This document shows, piece by piece, positions 50,690 to 60,800 of a stretch of 64,000 nucleotides of DNA. The position numbers and the translations under genes are program-made. Position 1 is the stretch's first letter. Every line of letters starts with the position of its first letter. The stretch covers positions 34,587 to 98,586 of the forward strand of contig CAMTVD010000006.1 of assembly GCA_947085095.1 (NCBI GenBank). The letters run 5' to 3'. The stretch is from an uncultured Thermus sp. (GTDB lineage Bacteria > Deinococcota > Deinococci > Deinococcales > Thermaceae). The notes under the pieces were generated by a model. It made no database searches, had not been told where the DNA came from, and saw only the letters and a list, made by a program, of their open reading frames with translations.

Positions 50690-51124
50690 TCAGTAGACCT
50701 CTATAGGGGCGGGGAGGTTAACCACCTTGGACTGGCCGTTGGCGGAAACCGTCTTGTACTTGACCACCTGAACGGGGGCGAGAGGAGCTGGGTTCTTCTT
50801 GGAATAAGAGCGACCAAAGGGGCCGCAGGGGTCCTGGGCCGAGGGGGGGCAGGCCTGGGGAATGAGGAAGGTGTCTACTGGCTGATCCGAAGCGTTCAGG
50901 AGCACCACCGACCCAGCCCCTGAGCCCGGGAGAGCGTAGAGGCGAATGTCGTAGCTGTAAACGTAGAAGGTGTTGTTGTTTTCGTCCGTTTCGGTGGAGA
51001 AGGAAAAGTTCTCCCGGGCCACCAGCACCGTGGGTCCCCCGAAGATGACCCCGCCCTCAAACAGGTTACCGCATCCCGGCAAAAGGGCTCCCAAAACCAG
51101 AAGCGCCGCAATCCTCCTCATCAT
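50690..51124 (-). CDS. Hypothetical lipoprotein
   Basis: MMRR, hydrophobic stretch and LPG-C lipobox; ATG overlaps the rex stop; visibly lower GC than neighbours. Confidence 0.7.
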   Translation of the reverse strand: MMRRIAALLVLGALLPGCGNLFEGGVIFGGPTVLVARENFSFSTETDENNNTFYVYSYDIRLYALPGSGAGSVVLLNASDQPVDTFLIPQACPPSAQDPCGPFGRSYSKKNPAPLAPVQVVKYKTVSANGQSKVVNLPAPIEVY

Positions 51125-51756
51125 CCCACCATCTCCTCTCCCCACTTGGGGTTCAGTATAAAGAAGGCCAGCCGAGTAAGTCCCGCCAGGAAGTCCACGT
51201 TCTCCACCGCCACCCCCTTGGGCACCTCGAGGACCACCGGGGCGAAGTTGAGGATGCCCTTGATGCCCGCCCGCACCAGGTGGTCCGCAGCTTCCTGGGC
51301 CGCCTCCCGGGGCACGGTGAGGAGGGCGATCTCTATCCGCCCGGGAACCCTTTGGGAAAGGGCCTCCATGGGCTCAATGACCCCGCCCCGCACGGGCTTG
51401 CCGATCTTCTCCGGGTCCACGTCAAAAAAGCCCCGGAGGTCAAAGGTTTCGCCAAAGCCGGGGTAGTCCGCCAAGGCGCTCCCCAGGCGGCCCATGCCCA
51501 CGATGCAGAGGCCCCACCTGCGGTTCAGGCCCAGGATGTGGCGGAGCTCCCGCTTGAGAACGGGTACCGTGTACCCCACCCCCCGGGTGCCGTAGGAGCC
51601 GAAGTAGGAGAGGTCCTTGCGCACCTGGAAGGCGGTCACCTGGGCCTCCTCCGCCAGCTGTTCCGAGCTGGTGCGGTGGATGCCCCTGGCCTCCAGCTCC
51701 TCCAGGATGCGCAGGTAGGTGATGAGGCGGCTGATGGCGGCGCTGGGAACCTTCAT
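51121..51756 (-). CDS. rex: Redox-sensing repressor Rex
   Basis: RLITYLR, VRKDLSYFG.YG.RG.GY, GMGRLG and ILNFAP. Confidence 0.96.
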   Translation of the reverse strand: MKVPSAAISRLITYLRILEELEARGIHRTSSEQLAEEAQVTAFQVRKDLSYFGSYGTRGVGYTVPVLKRELRHILGLNRRWGLCIVGMGRLGSALADYPGFGETFDLRGFFDVDPEKIGKPVRGGVIEPMEALSQRVPGRIEIALLTVPREAAQEAADHLVRAGIKGILNFAPVVLEVPKGVAVENVDFLAGLTRLAFFILNPKWGEEMVG

Positions 51757-52523
51757 GGCACCTCCAAAGCCGCAAGGCCCATGGCGGCGATTTTAGCCTT
51801 CACCGCCTCCTTCTCTTCCGGGGGGACCGGGCCCACCCGCACCCGGTAAACCCCGTCCCTTACCAGGACCACGGGAAGCCCCATCTCCTTCAGCTTCCCC
51901 GCCAGGGCCAAGGCGTTCTCCTCTTTCTGGAAAGCCCCCACCTGGAGGTAAAGGCTCCCCCCGGCGGGAGGGGGCGCACCCTGCCCCCGGTAGACCTGGG
52001 CCCCGTAGGCCTTCAAGGCCTCGGCCACCTGCCGGGCCTCGGCCTCGCTGGCGTAGGGACCCACCACCACGCGGGTGAGGCTCCCGCTGGCCTCGAGGCG
52101 CACCGGATACCCCTTCCCCGAAAGCTCCCGGGAAAGCCTTAGGGCGTTTTCCGGGTTGGCGAAGGCCCCCACCACCACCCGGTAGCTTCCGCCGGGGCTG
52201 GGCTTGGCGGGGGCCTCGGCCTTGGGCTTGGCGGGAGAAGCCGCCTGAGGCTTGGCCTCCGGAGCCCCTTCTTGGGGACGTTCCACGGGGGCCTGGGGCA
52301 GGGGGATGACGGTAACCACGGGCTCTGGGGGCTTGGCCTCTGGAGGGGCTGGGGGTGCCGGGGTGGGAAGGGCCAGCGACTCTGGGGCCGCCGGAGGGGG
52401 AGGCGCCGCCTGGGGGCGGGTAAAGGGGTTGATGCCCGTCAGGTAAAGGACGATGCCCGCCGCCACCAGGGCGATGAGGAGGAAGATGAGGGCGTCCAGC
52501 CAGTTTTCCCGTAGCCAGCCCAT
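51753..52523 (-). CDS. Membrane-anchored protein with two SPOR domains
   Basis: N-terminal TM, Pro-rich linker, then VVGAF...NA...VVVGPY and LQVGAF...NA...VRVGP. Confidence 0.88.
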   Translation of the reverse strand: MGWLRENWLDALIFLLIALVAAGIVLYLTGINPFTRPQAAPPPPAAPESLALPTPAPPAPPEAKPPEPVVTVIPLPQAPVERPQEGAPEAKPQAASPAKPKAEAPAKPSPGGSYRVVVGAFANPENALRLSRELSGKGYPVRLEASGSLTRVVVGPYASEAEARQVAEALKAYGAQVYRGQGAPPPAGGSLYLQVGAFQKEENALALAGKLKEMGLPVVLVRDGVYRVRVGPVPPEEKEAVKAKIAAMGLAALEVP

Positions 52524-52524
52524 C

Positions 52525-53868
52525 CTACCTCCCGAGAAGGGCCTGGGCCTCCTTGGAACCCAGGGCCGCCGCCTGCCTGAGGGCCCGCTCCGCCTCCCCC
52601 TCCCGGCCCAGGGCCCTCAGGGCCAGACCCAGGTTGTACCAGGCCGAGGCCTCCCTGGGAAGGCGCCCCAGGACCTCCCTTAGCACCAGCTCCGCCTCCC
52701 CATAACGCCGCAGGGCCAGAAGGCCCGCCGCCAGGTTGCTCCCCACCTTCGGGTCCCGCCCCGTCTCGTACAGGGGCCGAAGCAAGGCCACCGCCTCCTC
52801 CGCCCGCCCCAGCTCCAAGAGGATGGTTCCCCGGAGGGCCTGGGCCTCGAGGGCCGCGTTCCCCTCTAGAAGCACGAGGGCCTCCTCCCTCCTCCCCAGG
52901 GCGTAGGCGGCCTGGGCCTTGAGGAAGGCCCCGGGAGGCCCGGCCTCGTCGGCGTAGCGGTAGGCGTTTTTGAAGTCCCCTAGCCGCAGGTGGGCCCCCG
53001 CCAGGGCCAGGGCCACCTCGGGCTCGGGGCTTATCCGGTAGGCGGCCATCAGGTAGGAAAGGGCCCCCCGGGCATCCCCCGCCCGGAGGCGGGCCTGCCC
53101 CAGGAGGAAGGCGGCCTCCCAGAGGGAGGGGTCCAGGGCGTAGGCCTCCTTGAGGAGGGGTTCCGGGTTCTCGGAGAGGAGGGCCTTGCGCAGGAGGAGC
53201 CTCGCCTTCCCCTTCCCCTCCACCTGGGCCAGGCCCCGGTCCAGCTCCCTCAGGGCCCTTCCCTTCAAACCCTCCTCCGCCAGGATGCGGGCCAGGAGCT
53301 CCCAGGCCTCCGCCCGCTTGGGGTCCTGGTTCAAGAGGCCGTAGAGGACGGGCACGGCCTCGGCCCGGCTTCCCGCCCCGTAGAGGACCTGGGCCAGGGC
53401 CAGGCGGTAGGCGGGGCTCCGCTCCGGGGTGAGGCCCTTTTTCAGGGCCTCCGCCGCCTCCTTGGCCTTGCCCGCCTGGGTCAGGGCCGCGGCCAGGCCC
53501 AGATAGGCCTCCTCGGCGGGCTTGAGGGAGACCGCCTTTTGGAAGGCCTCCGCCGCCTCCCCTGGTTTCCCCAGGCGCAGGTAGACCTGGCCCAGGTTGA
53601 AGTGGCCCTCGTAGCGGTCGGGGAAGACCCGGGCCATCTGGTCAAAGGCGAAGCGGGCCTCCTCGAGGCGCCCCGCCCGAAAGAGGGCTACCCCCAGGCC
53701 CAGGTGGGCCTCCAGGCGGCCATAGTCCTGAAGCAGAACCTCCTCGTAAGCCAAGGCGGCTTTGCCGTATTCCCCAGCCTTAAAAAGGGTCTCCGCCTTC
53801 TCCAGGGAAGGGGCGGCCAGGCCCAAGCCCAGGAGGAGGGGCAGGAACTTCAGTGGGGGTCTCATCAT
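52525..53868 (-). CDS. Exported TPR protein
   Basis: Signal peptide; repeated TPR motifs (HFNLG, AWYNLG); GGAGG SD. Confidence 0.85.
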   Translation of the reverse strand: MMRPPLKFLPLLLGLGLAAPSLEKAETLFKAGEYGKAALAYEEVLLQDYGRLEAHLGLGVALFRAGRLEEARFAFDQMARVFPDRYEGHFNLGQVYLRLGKPGEAAEAFQKAVSLKPAEEAYLGLAAALTQAGKAKEAAEALKKGLTPERSPAYRLALAQVLYGAGSRAEAVPVLYGLLNQDPKRAEAWELLARILAEEGLKGRALRELDRGLAQVEGKGKARLLLRKALLSENPEPLLKEAYALDPSLWEAAFLLGQARLRAGDARGALSYLMAAYRISPEPEVALALAGAHLRLGDFKNAYRYADEAGPPGAFLKAQAAYALGRREEALVLLEGNAALEAQALRGTILLELGRAEEAVALLRPLYETGRDPKVGSNLAAGLLALRRYGEAELVLREVLGRLPREASAWYNLGLALRALGREGEAERALRQAAALGSKEAQALLGR

Positions 53869-53940
53869 AGGGGCCTCCAAACCCGTCTTTGGTTACAGCA
53901 TAGCACAGCTCCAGGGGAGGTCCTTTGCTATCCTGAAAGC

Positions 53941-54477
53941 GTGGGGCCAACCGAGGAAAAGCCCCTAAACCTAGATGCCCCGCGGGTCCTGGTCTTGAAC
54001 GCGGCCTACGAGGTTTTGGGCCTGGCCAGCGTGAAGCGAAGCGTGCTTCTGGTCCTCTCGGGGGGCGCGGAGATGCTTTCGGAAAGCGGCCGCTTCCTGC
54101 ACACCCCTTCCACCCAGATCCCCGTCCCCAGCGTCATCCGGCTGAAGCGCCTGGTGCGGCGGGGCCCAAGCCGCGTGCCCCTGAACCGCCGCAACGTCCT
54201 CCGCCGGGACCGCTACACCTGCCAGTACTGCGGCCGCCAGGGGGGCGAGCTCACCGTGGACCACGTCCTCCCCAGAAGCCGGGGGGGGAAAAGCACCTGG
54301 GAGAACCTGGTGGCCGCCTGCCGCGCCTGCAACCTAAAAAAAGGGGACCGGACCCCAGAGGAGGCGGGGATGCGCCTCCTCAAGTCCCCCAAGGTCCCCC
54401 GCGCCCCCCTTTTCCTCTCCGACCTCAAGGAGATCCCAGAGACCTGGCAACCCTACCTCGAGGCCCTCTTGAGGTAG
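53941..54477 (+). CDS. HNH endonuclease family protein
   Basis: VLVLNA.YE, PSVIRL, RD..TCQYCG, TVDHV.PRSRGG and CRACN..K; TATCCT lies 6 nt before the GTG. Confidence 0.9.
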   Translation: MGPTEEKPLNLDAPRVLVLNAAYEVLGLASVKRSVLLVLSGGAEMLSESGRFLHTPSTQIPVPSVIRLKRLVRRGPSRVPLNRRNVLRRDRYTCQYCGRQGGELTVDHVLPRSRGGKSTWENLVAACRACNLKKGDRTPEEAGMRLLKSPKVPRAPLFLSDLKEIPETWQPYLEALLR

Positions 54478-56207
54478 AGGAAGCCCAGGCCCGGCACCTC
54501 CGCCTGCCCCTGGAAGGAGCGCCCGGAGAAGAGGTCCCGCCAGGCCCCCTGGGGCAGGGGTAGAGAGGCGGGGGCTTTTTGATTGTTGAAGGCGAGGAGA
54601 AGCCTCCCCTCCCCTTCCCCCCGGAAAAAGGAGAGAAGCCCCCCTTCCGCCAGGTAGGTGGTGAAGGGGCCCCTCAGGGCGGGCTCCTCCGCCTTGAGGC
54701 GGTAAAGCCCCTGGAGGAAGCCCCGCATCCCGGGGTCGCAGGCCTCCCAGGGGATGGGCCGCCGCTGGAGATCGTTGGGCTCCTTCTCCCCCAGCAGGGC
54801 GCACTCCTCCCCCTGGAAGACCACCGGGGTCCCGGGAAGGCCAAAAAGGAGGGCCCAGGCCAGACGAGCCCTGGCCCCCTCCCCCTTGAGGTCGGAGAGG
54901 AGGCGGGAGGTGTCGTGGGAGCTGATCAGGTTAAAGCCCATGGCCGAGGCGGCCTCGGGGTAGAGGGCGTAGGCCTCGGAAAGGAGGGTGAGGGCCCTGG
55001 GCCCGCCAAAGAGAGCGGGGTGAAGGCCCTGGGCGTAACGGAGGACGATGTCCCGGCCGATGGCGTAGTTCATCAGGCTGTCAAAGGCCTCCTCCCCCAC
55101 CCAGTCCGGGGCCCGCCGCCAGATCTCCCCCACCAGGTAGGCCTCGGGGTTGATGGCCCGCACCCTCGCCTTCAGCTCCCGGAAGAAGGCCTTGGCCTCG
55201 AGGAGGTCCTCGGGCACGTCCACCCGGATCCCGTCAAAGCCGAAGCGGACCCAGCGCTCCGCCACGGAAAAGAGGTAGGCCCGCACCTCGGGATGGGCGG
55301 TGTTCAGCTTGGGCAGGCTCCCCACCCCCCACCAGGCCTCGTAGGCGCTGGCATCCCCCGGCCTGAAGGGGTAGCGCTTCACGAAGTACCAGTTCCAGTA
55401 GGGGGATGCCCGCCCCCGCCTCACCACGTCCTGGAAGGCGAAGAAGCCCAGGCCCGTGTGGTTGGGCACGAAGTCAAAGAGGACCCGGATCCCCAGGGCG
55501 TGGGCCCGGTCCAGCACCCGGCGCAAGAGGGCCTCGTCTCCCAAGCGGGGGGCCACCTGGAGGTAGTCGTGGGTGTCGTAGCCGTGGGCGCTCCCGGAGC
55601 GGAAGAGGGGGTTTAGGTAGAGGAGGCCCGCCCCCAGCTCCGCCAGGTAGGGGAGGCGGTCCAGGAGGCCCTGGAGATCGCCCCCGTAGTACTGGTGGCA
55701 GCAGTGCATGGGGCCCGGGGGATCCCCCCAGCGGGACAGGTAGGGCCTGGGGCCCCCTTGGGCCTGCCATACCTGGTTGAAGCGGTACTCGTCGTCCAAA
55801 AGGGCCAGGGCGTCGTTTCCCGGGTCGCCGTTTTGGAAGCGGTCGGGAAAGACCTGGTACCCCCCCTTGGCCTCCACCCAGGGGAGGGCGCGGAAGGGGC
55901 GGGCGGGAGGAAGGTAGGGCCCAAGGCGCTGCTCCCCCGCCTTGGTCTTGAGGCGGATCTCGTAAGGCCCAAGCTCAGGCAAAAGGCCCCGCCACACCTC
56001 CTTTCCCGAGAAGGCCAGCTGGCGGGCCATGGGAAGGGCCCGCTCCCCCTGGACGAGGAAGGCCTCCCGCACCTCCTCCGCCCCCGCCAGGAAGCGCACG
56101 GAAAACCCCTCAGGCAGGGCGGAGAACTGGGCGGGGTCTAAGGGGTTGTGGGTCTGGGCCAGGGCCAGGCCCAAGGCCAGGGCCAGGAAGAGGTGGAAGC
56201 GCTTCAT
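54453..56207 (-). CDS. Secreted GH13 alpha-amylase/neopullulanase-like enzyme
   Basis: Signal peptide ALA-Q; YQVFPDRF, DFVPNH, DGIRVDVP, GEIW and SHD. Confidence 0.9.
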   Translation of the reverse strand: MKRFHLFLALALGLALAQTHNPLDPAQFSALPEGFSVRFLAGAEEVREAFLVQGERALPMARQLAFSGKEVWRGLLPELGPYEIRLKTKAGEQRLGPYLPPARPFRALPWVEAKGGYQVFPDRFQNGDPGNDALALLDDEYRFNQVWQAQGGPRPYLSRWGDPPGPMHCCHQYYGGDLQGLLDRLPYLAELGAGLLYLNPLFRSGSAHGYDTHDYLQVAPRLGDEALLRRVLDRAHALGIRVLFDFVPNHTGLGFFAFQDVVRRGRASPYWNWYFVKRYPFRPGDASAYEAWWGVGSLPKLNTAHPEVRAYLFSVAERWVRFGFDGIRVDVPEDLLEAKAFFRELKARVRAINPEAYLVGEIWRRAPDWVGEEAFDSLMNYAIGRDIVLRYAQGLHPALFGGPRALTLLSEAYALYPEAASAMGFNLISSHDTSRLLSDLKGEGARARLAWALLFGLPGTPVVFQGEECALLGEKEPNDLQRRPIPWEACDPGMRGFLQGLYRLKAEEPALRGPFTTYLAEGGLLSFFRGEGEGRLLLAFNNQKAPASLPLPQGAWRDLFSGRSFQGQAEVPGLGFLYLKRASR

Positions 56208-56216
56208 GCCAAGAGT

Positions 56217-57050
56217 CTACCGCCGCACGCTGAGGAGGACGGCGAGAAGCACCAGCCCCGCCCCCAGGTAGCCCAAGGGGGAGAGGAGTTCCCTAAAGAG
56301 GAGGAAGGCGAAGAGGTTGGCCACCACCGGCTCGAGGGTGGCCAGGACGCTGGCCCGGGTGGCGGGAAGCCGCCTCAGGCCAGCGTAGTAGGCCAGGTAG
56401 GCCCCGTACGTGGAAATGGAGCCCAGGAAGAGGAGGGCGAGGAGGGCCTGAGGGCTCAAGGGAACCAGTTCCACAAAGGGGAAAAGCCCCAAGGCCCCCA
56501 CGGGCAGGGCGTAGAGGAAGAGGGTGGGGGTGGCGTAGCGGGGCAGGTAGAGCTTGCCGAAGATGTAGTAAAGGGCGTAGGTGAATCCCGAGAGGAGGCC
56601 GAAGAAGAGGGCGGGGAAAAGGGCCTTCACCTCACTCCCTCCGCCCAAGCCCATGAGCCCCACCCCCAGAAGGGTGAGGGCCACGGCGAGGAGGCCCGGG
56701 GTGTCCAAAGCCTCCTTCAGGACCAGGCGGGAGAGAAGGGCCACAAAGGCGGGAGCGGTGTAGAGGAGGACCGAGGCCAAAGCCGCCCCCCCGTACCCCA
56801 CGGAAAGCTGGTAGGAGCCGTAGAAGAGGGACACCCCCACCAGGCCAAAGAGGAGGAGGGCGGGCAGGTCCTTGGGATGGAGGCGCACCTGGCGCAAGAG
56901 GAGGGCGTGCAGGGCGAAGAAAGCCCAGGCGATGACCGCTCGGAAGAAGGCCACCAAAAGGGGGGAAAGCCCCTCCTGGAAGGCCAATCGGCTCACCGGA
57001 CCGATGAGCCCCCAGAGGAAGGCCGCCAGGAAGAGGTAGAGATAGCCCAT
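56217..57050 (-). CDS. DMT/EamA family transporter
   Basis: About 10 TM segments; FLWG, LLYTAP and LEPV. Confidence 0.9.
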   Translation of the reverse strand: MGYLYLFLAAFLWGLIGPVSRLAFQEGLSPLLVAFFRAVIAWAFFALHALLLRQVRLHPKDLPALLLFGLVGVSLFYGSYQLSVGYGGAALASVLLYTAPAFVALLSRLVLKEALDTPGLLAVALTLLGVGLMGLGGGSEVKALFPALFFGLLSGFTYALYYIFGKLYLPRYATPTLFLYALPVGALGLFPFVELVPLSPQALLALLFLGSISTYGAYLAYYAGLRRLPATRASVLATLEPVVANLFAFLLFRELLSPLGYLGAGLVLLAVLLSVRR

Positions 57051-57096
57051 GGGGCCTAGAGTATAATGCCCCAGGTGCCCTTATGGAGGCCGAACT

Positions 57097-57576
57097 ATGA
57101 GCGCCCGTACCCTTTTTGCCCTCTTGGTCTTGGTCCTCCTCTCCCTCTTCGCCTGGCTCAACTGGGGGGAGATCACCAAGCCCACCCCCCTCTCCCTAGG
57201 CCTCACCCGGGTGGAGGCCCCCTTGGGCCTGGTGCTGGCGGTGGCCCTGGGAGTGGTCTCCCTCCTCTACCTCATCTTCACCATCGGCCTGGAAACCGCC
57301 GCCCTCCTGGAGGTCAGGCGCTACGCCCGGGAGCTCCTCCACTACAAGAAGCTGGCGGAGGACGCGGAGCAAAGCCGCTACACGGAGCTGAAGCGCTATC
57401 TGGAGGCCGAGCTCGGGCGCCTGGCGGAGGCGGAGAGGGAGGAGATCCGGGCCCTCGAGGCCCGGGTGGAGGAGATCCTGGAGAAGCACGGCAACACCCT
57501 GGCCGCCTATATCGGGGAGCTGGAGGACCAGATCCTGCGGCTTATGAAGCCGGAAAAGGGCGAGGGGACGGGCTAA
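57097..57576 (+). CDS. LapA-like membrane protein (2 TM + coiled coil)
   Basis: GGAGG SD; F..LN between two TM helices; acidic coiled-coil tail. Confidence 0.75.
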   Translation: MSARTLFALLVLVLLSLFAWLNWGEITKPTPLSLGLTRVEAPLGLVLAVALGVVSLLYLIFTIGLETAALLEVRRYARELLHYKKLAEDAEQSRYTELKRYLEAELGRLAEAEREEIRALEARVEEILEKHGNTLAAYIGELEDQILRLMKPEKGEGTG

Positions 57577-57652
57577 AGCCCACCCCCCAGAGAGGAAAGA
57601 ACGGGTTTATGCCCTTGCCGGGGCCCCCATGTTGGCTTGGGCCAGCATGGGG
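57564..57652. terminator. Two GC-rich hairpins between convergent genes (probable terminators)
   Basis: GGGGACGGGC-TAAA-GCCCACCCCC (57564-57587) and CCCCATGTTGGC-TTGG-GCCAGCATGGGG (57625-57652); U-tracts are weak. Confidence 0.6.
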
Positions 57653-58009
57653 TTACTCCACCAGTTCCACCAGGGCCAAAGGGGCCCCGTCCCCGCGGCG
57701 GCGCTCCGCCAGCTTGAGCACCCGGGTGTACCCCCCGGGGCGGTTTTCGTACCTGGGGGCGATCTCGTCAAAGAGCTTCCGCACCAGCTTCACGTCCTGC
57801 AGGTCGCGGAGGACCAGCCTGCGGGCGTGCAGGTCCCCCCGCTTCGCCAGGTGGATCAGGTGGTCCACGAAGCCGGTGAGCTCCTTGGCCTTGGGCACGG
57901 TGGTGGTGATGCGCCCGTGGGTAAGGAGGCTCTTGGCCTGGTTCCGGAAAAGGGCCAGGCGGTGGGAAGAATGGCGGTTGAGTTTCCTTCCAGACTTCAG
58001 GTGGCGCAT
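57653..58009 (-). CDS. rplQ: 50S ribosomal protein L17
   Basis: [21 protein letters not shown] and RPGGYTR. Confidence 0.98.
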   Translation of the reverse strand: MRHLKSGRKLNRHSSHRLALFRNQAKSLLTHGRITTTVPKAKELTGFVDHLIHLAKRGDLHARRLVLRDLQDVKLVRKLFDEIAPRYENRPGGYTRVLKLAERRRGDGAPLALVELVE

Positions 58010-58013
58010 GGTC

Positions 58014-58961
58014 TCACTCCTTTAGGGCGAAGCCCCGCTTGGCCAGGGCCTCGCGGATCTCCTCTAGGCTCCTTTCCCCGATGCCGGGGATGTTCCGCAG
58101 GTCCTTGAGGTTGAGGGCGAGGAGGGCCCGCACGGACTCAATCCCCTCCTCCTTGAGGCTGTGGAGCACCCGGGTGGAAAGGCCCAGCTCCTCCAGGGGC
58201 AGGTCCAGGTCCTCCCCTGCCGCCCCCTTCCCTTCCCGCTCCAGGGGAACCTCGGCAGGGGGTAGGGCGGTGGTCTGGGGGTTGCCGAAGTAGGCGAGGT
58301 GTTCCTTGAGGATCTCCACCGCCTGGTTCAGGGCCTCGAGGGGGGTGACGGAGCCGTCCGTCCAGATCCTTAAGGTGAGCTTGTCCAGGTCGGTGCGCTG
58401 GCCCAGACGGGTGTCCTCCACCTGGAAGGCCACCCGGCGCACGGGGGAGAAGACGGCGTCCACGGGGATGGCGTTGATGCGGTCCTTGATGCCGTGGCGC
58501 TCCGCGGGCACGGACCCCACCCCCCGGTCCACCCGCACCTCCATGTAGAGCCTGCCGCCCTCCTCCAGGGTGGCGATGTGGAGGTCGGGGTTGAGGATCT
58601 CCACGTCGGCGGAAGGGGTGAAGTCCCCCGCCCTGACCTCCTTGGGGCCCTCCGCCTTCAGAACCAGGGTGGTGGTCTGCATCTTGGGATCCAGGAAACG
58701 CACCACCAGCTCCTTGAGGTTCAAAACGATCTCCACCACGTCCTCCTTCACCCCGGGGATGGTGGAGAACTCGTGGAGGACGTCCTCAATGTAGACGCTG
58801 GTGACGGCGGTCCCAGGGATGGAGGAAAGGAGGATGCGGCGGAGGGGGTTGCCCAGGGTGACGCCGAACCCCCTTTCTAGGGGCTCGAGGACGAACTCCC
58901 CGTACTCGCGCCCCTGGGTGCGCACCGCGAAGACTGGCGCTTTCAGCTTGCTTTCCAACAT
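58014..58961 (-). CDS. rpoA: RNA polymerase alpha subunit
   Basis: [22 protein letters not shown] and DAVFSPV, plus alpha-CTD; AGGAGG SD before ATG 58961. Confidence 0.98.
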   Translation of the reverse strand: MLESKLKAPVFAVRTQGREYGEFVLEPLERGFGVTLGNPLRRILLSSIPGTAVTSVYIEDVLHEFSTIPGVKEDVVEIVLNLKELVVRFLDPKMQTTTLVLKAEGPKEVRAGDFTPSADVEILNPDLHIATLEEGGRLYMEVRVDRGVGSVPAERHGIKDRINAIPVDAVFSPVRRVAFQVEDTRLGQRTDLDKLTLRIWTDGSVTPLEALNQAVEILKEHLAYFGNPQTTALPPAEVPLEREGKGAAGEDLDLPLEELGLSTRVLHSLKEEGIESVRALLALNLKDLRNIPGIGERSLEEIREALAKRGFALKE

Positions 58962-58983
58962 AGGCCTCCTTACGGGCCAGGGG

Positions 58984-59613
58984 CTACCTTGAGTAGAACT
59001 CAATCACCAGCTGCTCGTTGACCGGCAGGGCCAGGTCCTCCCGGTCGGGCAGGCGCAGGAACTTCCCCTTCATCCCCTCCACGTCCAAGGAGAGCCAGGG
59101 GCCCACCTTGCGGCCCTTCATGGCCTCGAGGTTCTCGCGGATGAAGGCAAGGTTCTTGCTTCCCTCGGCGATGGCCACTTCGTCCCCCGGCTTCAACCGG
59201 TAGGCGGGGAGGTCCACCCGGCGCCCGTTCACGGTGATGTGGCCGTGGCGCACCATCTGCCGGGCCTGGCGGCGGCTAGAGGCGAAGCCCAGGCGGTAGA
59301 CCACGTTGTCCAAGCGGGACTCCAAGAGGCCCAGGAAGACCGTGCCCGTAACCCCCTTCTTCCGGCTGGCCTCCTCAAAGAGGTTCCGGAACTGGGTCTC
59401 GGAGATCCCGTAGATGCGGCGGAGCTTCTGCTTCTCCCTGAGGCGCACCGCGTAGTCGGAGGGGCGGCGCGCCCGCCGCTGGCCGTGCTGACCCGGGGGG
59501 TAGGGCCGGCGCTCCATGGCGCACTTGGGGCCGTAGCACCGCTCCCCCTTCAGATAAAGCTTCACACCTTCCCGGCGGCAAAGACGGCAAACTGGTCCAA
59601 TGTAACGACCCAT
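58984..59613 (-). CDS. rpsD: 30S ribosomal protein S4
   Basis: [21 protein letters not shown] and EFYSR. Confidence 0.98.
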   Translation of the reverse strand: MGRYIGPVCRLCRREGVKLYLKGERCYGPKCAMERRPYPPGQHGQRRARRPSDYAVRLREKQKLRRIYGISETQFRNLFEEASRKKGVTGTVFLGLLESRLDNVVYRLGFASSRRQARQMVRHGHITVNGRRVDLPAYRLKPGDEVAIAEGSKNLAFIRENLEAMKGRKVGPWLSLDVEGMKGKFLRLPDREDLALPVNEQLVIEFYSR

Positions 59614-59626
59614 CTTCTCTTACTCC

Positions 59627-60016
59627 TTACGAGGCCTTGCGGAACTTCTTCTTGGGCCGGCAACCGTTGTGGGGCACAGGGGTGTCGTCCACGATGGACT
59701 TCACCTGAAGGCCGGAGGCCTGGAGGGCCCTTATGGCCTGCTCCCGCCCCGCCCCCGTGCCCCGCACGACCACGTCCACGCTCTGCATGCCGTAGGCCAT
59801 GGCCTTCTTGGCCGCGTCCATGGCGGCGAGCTGGGCAGCGTAGGGGGTGCCCTTCCGGCTCCCCTTGTAGCCGATGACCCCGCCCGAAGACCAGGTGATG
59901 GGGTTGCCGTCCGGGTCCGTGATGGTGACGATGGTGTTGTTGTAGGAGGCGTGGATGTACGCCTTCCCGCTGGCTACCTGTCGCTTGACCTTTTTCTTTG
60001 TTACTTTTCTGGCCAT
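59627..60016 (-). CDS. rpsK: 30S ribosomal protein S11
   Basis: [15 protein letters not shown] and PHNGCRP. Confidence 0.98.
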   Translation of the reverse strand: MARKVTKKKVKRQVASGKAYIHASYNNTIVTITDPDGNPITWSSGGVIGYKGSRKGTPYAAQLAAMDAAKKAMAYGMQSVDVVVRGTGAGREQAIRALQASGLQVKSIVDDTPVPHNGCRPKKKFRKAS

Positions 60017-60062
60017 ACTCTCCCTCTCGGAGTATCTACTGGCCCCAAAACGCGTTCAGGGC

Positions 60063-60443
60063 TTACTTCCTGGGGGCCTTCTTCTTGCCCGCCACGGTCT
60101 TCCTGGGCCCCTTGCGGGTACGGGCGTTGGTGCGGGTGCGCTGGCCCCGCACGGGCAGGCCCCTGCGGTGCCTTAGGCCCCGGTAGCAGCCGATGTCCAT
60201 GAGGCGCTTGATGTTGGCCGCCACCTCTGCCCTTAGCTCCCCCTCCAGCTTCCAGGTGTTCTCCACGTACTCGCGGAGGCGCACCACCTCAGCCTCCGTG
60301 AGGTCCTTCACCCGGGTGGCGGGGTTGATGCCCGCCCTCTCCAAGGCCTCCTTGGCCCGGGCCGGCCCGATCCCGTAGATGTAGGTGAGGGCCACATCCA
60401 CCCGCTTGTTCCTGGGAATCTCTACGCCTGCAATCCTCGCCAC
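60063..60443 (-). CDS. rpsM: 30S ribosomal protein S13
   Basis: ARIAGV and [24 protein letters not shown]. Confidence 0.98.
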   Translation of the reverse strand: MARIAGVEIPRNKRVDVALTYIYGIGPARAKEALERAGINPATRVKDLTEAEVVRLREYVENTWKLEGELRAEVAANIKRLMDIGCYRGLRHRRGLPVRGQRTRTNARTRKGPRKTVAGKKKAPRK

Positions 60444-60452
60444 GTTCCCTCC

Positions 60453-60566
60453 TTAGCCCTGCCGCTGCTTGTGCTTAGGGTTCTCGCAGATCACGTACAC
60501 CCGGCCGTGCCGGCGCACCACCTTGCACTTCTCGCACATCCTCTTGACCGACGCCCGTACCTTCAT
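60453..60566 (-). CDS. rpmJ: 50S ribosomal protein L36 (absent from ORF track)
   Basis: Hand translation gives [45 protein letters not shown]. Confidence 0.97.
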   Translation of the reverse strand: MKVRASVKRMCEKCKVVRRHGRVYVICENPKHKQRQG

Positions 60567-60574
60567 CTCGCCTC

Positions 60575-60793
60575 CTACTTCCTGTAGACGATGCGGCCCC
60601 GCGTGGGGTCGTAGGGGGTTATCTCCACCACCACCCGGTCCCCAGGAAGGATGCGGATGTAGTGCATGCGCATCTTCCCCGAGATGTAGGCCAGGATCTC
60701 CGGCCCCGAGTCCAGCTTTACCCGAAAGGTGGTGTTGGGCAAAGCCTCGGTGACCACGCCTTCCGCCCGAATGGTGTCCTTCTCCTTCGCCAT
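60575..60793 (-). CDS. infA: Translation initiation factor IF-1
   Basis: EALPN..F, ISGKMR..IRILPGD and GRIVYR. Confidence 0.98.
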   Translation of the reverse strand: MAKEKDTIRAEGVVTEALPNTTFRVKLDSGPEILAYISGKMRMHYIRILPGDRVVVEITPYDPTRGRIVYRK

Positions 60794-60800
60794 ACCCCTC

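Noticed and set aside
53941..54477. HNH gene as a mobile homing element or defence system
   Set aside because: Host-like codon usage, no intron or flanking repeats, and no neighbouring methylase or defence genes.
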